Shown one piece after another: positions 57,148 to 64,000 of a stretch of 64,000 bases of DNA. Origin of the DNA: an uncultured Nitrososphaerales archaeon (GTDB lineage: Archaea > Thermoproteota > Nitrososphaeria > Nitrososphaerales > Nitrososphaeraceae); contig CAVPXM010000025.1 of NCBI GenBank assembly GCA_963709405.1, forward strand, positions 15,735-79,734. Direction: 5' to 3'. The notes beneath the pieces are model-generated. The model made no database searches. It saw only the letters and a list, made by a program, of their open reading frames with translations, and was not told the origin of the DNA. Numbering within the stretch: the stretch's first letter is position 1; each line of letters opens with the position of its first letter. The translations under genes and the position numbers were made by a program.

Positions 57148-57539
57148 CTTTTATAGACATTCTTGGACTCGCGTCTAGGAGTTCAGTTCGACAGCGGGCT
57201 CGCATAGTGCACATAGTGCACAATATTTACCTGGATCTTCAAGTGGAGAAGGGGTAGATTGAACTGGGAAATTACCGAATGAGTTTGCACAGGTTTTAAA
57301 CCACTGAGTAGTAGGTCCTCTACCCGGCGGGATCGGACCGTTCTGGTCAAACGGAATAGTACTACTGGGCCATGTAGAAGGGGGCCCCCAGTTTGAATCC
57401 CACACTGCTCCAAGATTTCGATTGTCATTTGCCCACTCTCTATGGGCAGTAAAATCAAATCTTCCATTCAGATGTACGAAGCGTTTACAAGAGAAACTAT
57501 TTAAGTTGTCAAGAGAAGTTTAGTAAAGTAAGTGTAATT

Positions 57540-57968
57540 ATGGAAACAAAAGGGAACGGAAATGGAAGAACCAAAACAAGATCAGTAAAAGCAAGGACAA
57601 AATTACCACTTGTTCAAGATATTGAAAAATGCGATTTTCATGGATATGATGCTGATACACTTATGAAAGAGACTGCTAAACTACGTAAGATAATTACAAA
57701 GAGAGGAACTCTTGAAATCCTAATCCCATTATGCTGCACCACCACACCTGTTAGATATTTAAAGTTCAGGAATACTTTGAAGGGTTTCAGTAGCAAAACC
57801 TTGGCAAAAAGACTGAAGGAACTTGACAAAAGTGGAATTCTAGAAAGACAAGCATACAACGAAATCCCACCAAGAGTAGAATATAGATTAACAAATAAAG
57901 GACAAGAGTTGGTAGAATCTGTCATTTATCTATTAAACTGGATGAAAAAATGGGCAAAAATAGTATAA
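57540..57968 (+). CDS. HxlR-family transcriptional regulator
   Basis: FSSKTLAKRLKEL..GILERQAYNEIPPRVEYRLTNKG. Confidence 0.92.
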   Translation: METKGNGNGRTKTRSVKARTKLPLVQDIEKCDFHGYDADTLMKETAKLRKIITKRGTLEILIPLCCTTTPVRYLKFRNTLKGFSSKTLAKRLKELDKSGILERQAYNEIPPRVEYRLTNKGQELVESVIYLLNWMKKWAKIV

Positions 57969-58074
57969 AATAATGTGTATAATGTGTATATGTAAATAGA
58001 TAGATTCGAGTCTGAAAAATCGAGATAATTTATCTTATCCCATATTATCCATGTATATCCTTGTCTTTATATTT

Positions 58075-58245
58075 TTACTTTCTTCTTTCCTCATCATTTA
58101 TCTCTGCTAAAATACTTTGCAATGTTTCCAATTCTGTAATAATATGTTCCACATACCTTTGATTAAATAGATCAGGTCTTACTTCTTTCTTCTTTTCTGC
58201 TATCCTCTTTTGTAAAATTCGCTTGACTTCTTCAGAGTTTAACAA
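58075..58245 (-). CDS. Small coiled-coil hypothetical protein (56 aa)
   Basis: TTG start; LNSEEVKRILQKRIAEKKKEVRPDLFNQRYVEHIITELETLQSILAEINDEERRK*. Confidence 0.5.
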   Translation of the reverse strand: MLNSEEVKRILQKRIAEKKKEVRPDLFNQRYVEHIITELETLQSILAEINDEERRK

Positions 58246-58783
58246 CTGATACTATTAGATAATGACGAAAGTAATAACTACTGATATACCATTTATAGAG
58301 GGATAGTCGATATAGTAGTAACAAACGAATCATCAAAATTAGTTTTTATTAATATGACGTCAAATAAAGAATTCTAGATCACTTCTAAACTCGTTGCTTT
58401 GAGTCCTTCCAAAATGAGTTGTTAAATGGAATGTCATTTATCGTTAGACTTCGCCTATTCATATTGAAGATACGCAATAACATACGTCGGTTATCGTTTC
58501 ATTATAACTATCATTGTTGTCATTCATTGTTTCTATTACTTCTGTTGACAAAATATCTAAACTGTTATTTGTCTTCTCTCCAGTTCTTGTAGTCTTGCCG
58601 TTATAGCCACAAGTTGGTCTGATAGATGTGCTATTGCATCATCTTTCATTTTATCACGCTGTCTTAATGACCGATTTAATTCTTCTAATTCATCTACTTT
58701 TGTTTGAATATCTGCACCTTGACTTTACTGCTAGTTAAGGAATAGTTAGAAATAGTTCCCTGTCGTTTGGTTATTAAACATAT

Positions 58784-59600
58784 CTATTCTCTATTGGGAT
58801 CTGGTTTGTATTCTCCTTTCATAATTAGGTGCTTTGCAATTTTATTCTTAGCAGGCTGTTCTACATTCCCTATGACACTTAGAATACTTTGAAGTGTAAC
58901 ACTCATTTCCTCGTATTTCTGCTTCATGGATTGAATCTCTTTATCTTTTTCTGATAATTCTACCTCTACTGATTTCATATTTGAGATATCAGTCTGCAAT
59001 TTCTTTACTTCTACTTTCATACGTTCTTCGTCTGATATAGTTAGGTCTGAAACTGCTTTTAGATAATCCTCAAGCAACATCTTTGGTCTGTTAGCCCTAT
59101 TGTAATTTTGTTCTAGCGCATGTATGTTCATTAAAGCATGACCCATCATCATTTCCTTTCTGATAAAATCAATTGCCAGTCTCCCGTCCTTGGTTCTAAC
59201 ATTGCTTAATGTGGTATTGAAAAATTTCCTAAATCCATGTGCAATCTTGATATTATATCTATCTTTATAATTTTCAGAAACCTCTCTAATACCTGCTTTG
59301 TAAGCTACGGTTCTTATTATACCGGCTACAGTTGATAGTGCCACTGGCTTTGTATTATCTAGTGTTGCTGTCTTACCATCAGGACTAATATCAAATCGTC
59401 TCAAAAGTATCGGACTTTTTTTGGTTATCACTTCGCCAAACTTTATGCGAAGGTTTCGATATTCTTGGTATATTGAGAAAGCCTCAGGCGAGATAAATGT
59501 ATCATATTCATCATCTGTTCCTCTGTAAACAACTACATGAGCCGCAACTAGCTTTTTGCCCGTCATTTCATCGTAGGTAGGTCGTATATCTCCATCAGTA
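58784..59600 (-). pseudogene. Tyrosine integrase, C-terminal half only
   Basis: VYRGTDDEYDTFISPEA, AHGFRKFF, MMGH, EQNY, coiled-coil tail; first catalytic Arg region replaced by unrelated sequence. Confidence 0.85.
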
Positions 59601-60499
59601 AGGCCAGCTGCTGAATACTCAAGACTGTATATTTCCTCAACACGATGCTGGAACTGATCTTTAAGGTGTGGTAGTTCCTTACCAAATTTCAAAGCATATA
59701 CCAGTCTTTTTACTACATCTACACCTTTTAACTACATCAAAAAACCATCCAGGTTTATTTTATTAATAATAGCCAAACTTAAATACAAAAGTTAGTAACT
59801 AAGGTAAATTGCCAAAATTCCTTGATGTTCATCCTATGAAAGATGAAAGATGTGATATATCATCATTTGAATTGCTGACTCCCTAATTTATTATTTCTAT
59901 TATTATTACCAAGTACCCTTGTAAAGAATTACCTGACCCCAACGAACTTGCACAATGGTGATTTCTGTTGCTCTCATGTTACCATCCTGTGAAATAGTAT
60001 TTTCTATCTTTGGTATTCCTACTTCAACGTCCCTTTGGACATGACTTATCAGGAAAACATTGCTCATTTACATTCATGGAAAATCCTGTTGGACACTTAC
60101 CTGTGATTGGATCCGGTTTACACTTGGTCTACTCATCAGCGAATTTTTCTATGTGCATAATCATCATCAGTAAACGGATTTGATATAAGCGAAAGCCACA
60201 TTATTTTTAGTTTCTAAACAAGATATCATAAAAAGAAGAAGAATTAAGACAAGACAAAGACATCTTGGTTCTATAAAACCATTTAAACTGTAAGCAGAGT
60301 TCTAATGCATTTGGTTTATTTCCATTGAAATTTTGTTAATATAGTGATTGGATTCTTGTTTGTGCGAATTCTGTTGTATGTTTTTGCTGTTAGCTTCCTT
60401 GAGGAAACCTAAATATGCGTGTTCCAAAGACAAATAGATCTAAGACCATTACTCGCTTACCCTATCGAGAATTTATCTCATACTCATAGACATATTCAT

Positions 60500-61023
60500 A
60501 CTTTTTCTGTTTTGTTGTTCCTGCGACTGGGAAGCTGTCGGTGTTACCAGAGTCTTTTCTATCCTCTGCAAACCTGTGCCGTTTATTAATGTCCCGAACA
60601 TTTCATGAGTGCTTTCAAAATGGTTCTCGGTTTTAACCGTGTCTATCATAAGCCATCAGGTTTTACCATAGTAAAGTTAGCTGAAAAAGCGGCTTTTGGA
60701 GAAGTAGGAGAGGTAGTATTTTTAGAAATTTGATTAGTTATACTAGTATTATTATGCACTACTAAATTCCATAAGCCACCCTGTATCCATGTTACTGAAC
60801 CATTTTGTATTTGATTATTTGCAAAGTGTCCTGATGCTTGTAGTCCGTTTTCTTGTTGTTCAGACTTGACATTATTCGCAATTAGCTCGATTATTTTTGT
60901 TTTCGAGTTCACGGCGTAAACAGGTGATGAATTAGTAATTTTAATGAGATTTTGAGCAGACATCAATGAAATAGCTAAGAAGCTGAAAAACAATGATAGA
61001 GTAAATACACCTCTGTTCTTCAT
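60500..61023 (-). pseudogene. Secreted hypothetical protein, truncated
   Basis: Signal peptide; ASGHFANNQIQNGSVTWIQGGLWNL..FSANFTMVKPDG then a stop; ENHFESTHEMFGTLING follows. Confidence 0.6.
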
Positions 61024-61534
61024 ATTGCTTTCTCTTAGGATTGATATAGTTCTTACAAATATAGTATTCTGTCAATCATAATTAGATGGTCTTTTATTTT
61101 GGAAAGTATATTGTTTTTGTGCCTATCACAACTGGTTCCAGATACCATATTTTCTCATTTTGTAAAAAGGTTTAAAGAGAATGAGGACAGTGTATCTGAA
61201 AATTTGTATAACTGCTCTGTCAAAACTATTTTGTCATATTACCACTGCCAGTGCCAGAGCTCATATTTCCTGACGTCATATTCTTATTCATCGTTGCTGT
61301 TTGATTTCCTGGCTGCTTGTCATAATAGATGTAGTAATTGACGAGTAGATTTCTGCTCATCGATTATTAATTCCAGGGCTTTTCATGTTTACTCGTCAGG
61401 CGATGAATCTACTAGAGTTTGCAGCAATTATGTGTAAGTCTGCGGATGATGCAGATACAATACAACAAGCCGTCTCAAATAAATTAAAGGCCATTGAACG
61501 AAGATACTTTACGGTTCTTCCTGGACCATGAGCA

Positions 61535-61992
61535 TTAACTAACTACATGAATAGTCCCTTTCATAGTAAATGGATGGTATGCACAATGATAAGTGAATGT
61601 ACCAGTCATATTTGGACTGAAAACCAATTGACCTGAACCATTTGGATTGATATCATCGCTTGATGGCAGTACGTCTGCTCCAGTATCTATAATTAGTCAT
61701 GCTTCGTATCAGTGGGATTTTGGATCTTTATGATATTTTTGGCATTTGCAAAGACGTTCAAAGTTGGATTAGATGCTCCATTGCTTCCATTTATCCAGTT
61801 ATAGACGCCATTTTTTACTTCCTTTGCCGATAATAATTGAGTTGTGCCAGGACTGTTATTAGTGACTTTTCCTTTAGCAGCGGAAGCCACATGCAAATAG
61901 TAGCCATTTTGACCGATAATGTACATTAAACCAGACGCTAATACTGCGGCGACCGTGAATGTCAGTACAATATAGACAACCTTCTTCATCAT
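61535..61992 (-). pseudogene. Blue-copper (cupredoxin) protein with a 1-bp frameshift near 61697
   Basis: NPTDTKH/LIIDTG..GSGQLVFSPNMTGTFTYHCAYHPFTMKGTIHV; type-1 H, C, H, M ligands present. Confidence 0.85.
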
Positions 61993-62222
61993 GTTGATTG
62001 GGAGGTTTAGGTCATATTTTATTCAAGTATACAAATACCATTGTTGGGTACCACAAATGGCATTCATCGCTCACGAAAAACCTAGCTGGGTGTAATGCCG
62101 ATGTTATTCTACAAAACAGTCCAGCACGAATATTTCTTATAGACAATTGTTATACATCAAGATTGCCTAAGTCAAGTGTCGTAGTGTCTGTCGTCATTCC
62201 AAGTTCCAAATCTACTCTCTCA

Positions 62223-63143
62223 TTACTTATATGGCATTGTGGGTGCTATCTTGTTTAAAGCAGATATTACTTCACTTAAGCCTTTACCTGAGCTTGTCAA
62301 TACTAGGAGTACTTGATGTTTGTCTCCTCCAGGCGTTGAACCCCCACCACGCAGACTTGTGAATGAATATTGATTGTCAATTCCAAAACCTTGACTCTTT
62401 AATCCCGAAATAGCTTTGCCAAGTTGATTTGCTGGGACCATAAGTGTGGTGATAGTGTCTGCCTTCTTGGTTGTTAGTGCAGCTGGCGATGTTGATGATG
62501 ATGCGTTAGTAGTAGTATTAAAAGAAGTGCTCAGTGGCTGTTTGATTACCTTTAGCGTTCCATTCATTTTATAACTTGGAACACCCTTATCAAAACTTGG
62601 GCCAGAGTAGCTAAAAGTACCAGTGCTATTAAATTTAATTGGCTTTGCAGCAGTAAAGTTTTTGATAATACCACTTTCATACGTAATGCTCTTTGAATTA
62701 TTATTATTAATGCTATTATTAGTAGTGTTGCTGTTAGTATTATTTGGTGTTAAACTTATTCTGTGGGGATGGTCAACATCTGCATTAAACCATGTCACTG
62801 CAGTACCGACATTTACTACAGCACTCTGAGGAATATATGGTTGGTTAATTATTCTTAATTCTTTTGGAGATTGATTAGGCTGTTCATGTCCTTCATCGGG
62901 GATCATTATTACAAGATTCTTTATATCCTTGCCAAGAACTATAGTATGAGTTTGATAGATACTGGAAGCTTTTATGTTAGGCTGCGACTGTGCGAAGGCA
63001 ATATTTGTAGGAACGGCTAATGTGGGTGAGTTTACTACTGTTACATATGTCATTACCATCACAACAGCGAGGACCATCATATGAGGAAGAAACGGTATCA
63101 GATTAGATGAATATTGTATTTCATTAGGGTTTACATCTTTCAA
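62223..63143 (-). CDS. Secreted cupredoxin-fold protein lacking the type-1 Cys
   Basis: PYIPQSAVVNVGTAVTWFNADVDHPH..FNSTGTFSY..MNGTLKV. Confidence 0.75.
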   Translation of the reverse strand: MKDVNPNEIQYSSNLIPFLPHMMVLAVVMVMTYVTVVNSPTLAVPTNIAFAQSQPNIKASSIYQTHTIVLGKDIKNLVIMIPDEGHEQPNQSPKELRIINQPYIPQSAVVNVGTAVTWFNADVDHPHRISLTPNNTNSNTTNNSINNNNSKSITYESGIIKNFTAAKPIKFNSTGTFSYSGPSFDKGVPSYKMNGTLKVIKQPLSTSFNTTTNASSSTSPAALTTKKADTITTLMVPANQLGKAISGLKSQGFGIDNQYSFTSLRGGGSTPGGDKHQVLLVLTSSGKGLSEVISALNKIAPTMPYK

Positions 63144-63601
63144 AATGGGTCTCTAGTAGATTTCAGAGAATCAAGTATTTATTCGAATCGATAATTCTCA
63201 TTTATGAGAACGAATCGCCTTATACTTGAAGATATAATTGTAATTCACTGAATGGCAGTGCGTACTTACTATTTACTTATCAGTGTTTAATTTGTACAAG
63301 ATTACAGATGAGTGCTAAAGAGCAGCATAGCACGGATTATGCTAAGATCTAAGCGGATTGATAAAGCTAGAAATGGAAGGTACAAAAACATACTTTGAGA
63401 CATATGGAAATGAATATGAAAGACGATATCTAATTTATCTACGTGAGTTAGAAAAATTGAGACTTGAACCATAATATCATTCAACAAGTCCCACGTTTGG
63501 TTTAAGTATCGCGAGGTATCACAAAGATTACTCATAAAGCTGTTGAAAAGTATATTACTCATGTTTAATAGAATAACGGCATCTAAGAACCTGAATTATA
63601 T

Positions 63602-63770
63602 GTGAACAGTTCCCACAAATCCAAGATAGACGATAAACTATCCATGTTTGTAGGCATGGATCTGCACAAGAACTATCTACAGATAGCTGTGATGGATAAG
63701 AAAGGAAAAATACTACAGAATTCTAGAATCGATAACAATCTGAAACATGTAAGCAGATTTTTCGAGAGTA
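63602..63770 (+). mobile_element. IS110-family transposase N-terminal remnant
   Basis: MFVGMDLHKNYLQIAVMDKKGKILQNSRIDN; truncated after about 45 codons. Confidence 0.85.
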
Positions 63771-63773
63771 TCC

Positions 63774-63866
63774 TATATGAGAGTAATAATGTCCTTTTAA
63801 GTTTCACTAATTTTATTTATATTAAAAATCTTCTTCAGAAGAACTAAGATGTTAACAAAAACTACC
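63774..63866 (+). repeat. Remnant paralogue of the His-rich peptide promoter and start
   Basis: GAGAGTAA half-site at 63779-63786; AGATGTTAACAAAAACTAC identical to 243-261. Confidence 0.6.
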
Positions 63867-63870
63867 TAAC

Positions 63871-63961
63871 CGTGTGTATGTAATAGTGACTAAACAAGAG
63901 ACGATTCGAGCCTGCGGTCGTGGGTTCAGCCGATACTAGCCGACTGAATTCTACCACATCA
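63871..63961 (+). pseudogene. Degenerate tRNA-like sequence with an 18-nt insertion in the T-loop
   Basis: ..GCCTG-CGGTC-GTGGG-TTC[AGCCGATACTAGCCGACT]GAAT-TCTAC-CACATC; upstream TGTG-TA and TGT/ACA D-stem-like pairing. Confidence 0.35.
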
Positions 63962-64000
63962 ATATGTCAAACATAGTGATGTCGATAGTAGGAACCCTAT

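Noticed and set aside
63570-63645. Intact IS110 bridge RNA upstream of the transposase remnant
   Set aside because: Leader is short with no convincing stems, and the element is truncated

Overview
AT-rich accessory region of an archaeal genome. Gene content (F420-type LLM oxidoreductase, cupredoxins, PriX-like domain, stand-alone receiver domains, typical secreted hypotheticals) points to a soil ammonia-oxidising Nitrososphaeraceae archaeon; this is inferred by eye. No core housekeeping genes, rRNA, intact tRNA or CRISPR array were seen. Coding density is low and much of the window is a patchwork of gene fragments. Mobile DNA: four IS5-family copies of two related types (3-bp TTA/TAA TSDs), one IS4-superfamily element with an 8-bp TSD, IS6 and IS110 remnants, and three tyrosine-integrase loci. 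Two of the integrase loci belong to paralogous integrative elements with the same gene order: integrase, divergent wHTH ORF and AbrB, small ORF, P-loop NTPase, HTH/coiled-coil. Best candidates for undescribed systems: (1) a cassette at 129-2994 of a secreted His/Lys-rich peptide, a 7-TM membrane protein and a wHTH regulator, linked by paired 8-5-8 palindromic operators with identical 39-bp spacing; (2) inverted tRNA-3'-like att sites at 37265 and 47105 that bracket three patatin paralogues next to an integrase; (3) the twin integrative elements; (4) a dispersed hairpin repeat family and several structured non-coding segments. Many frameshifts lie in homopolymers and may be sequencing errors. 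All family calls rest on motif recognition by eye, without database searches.
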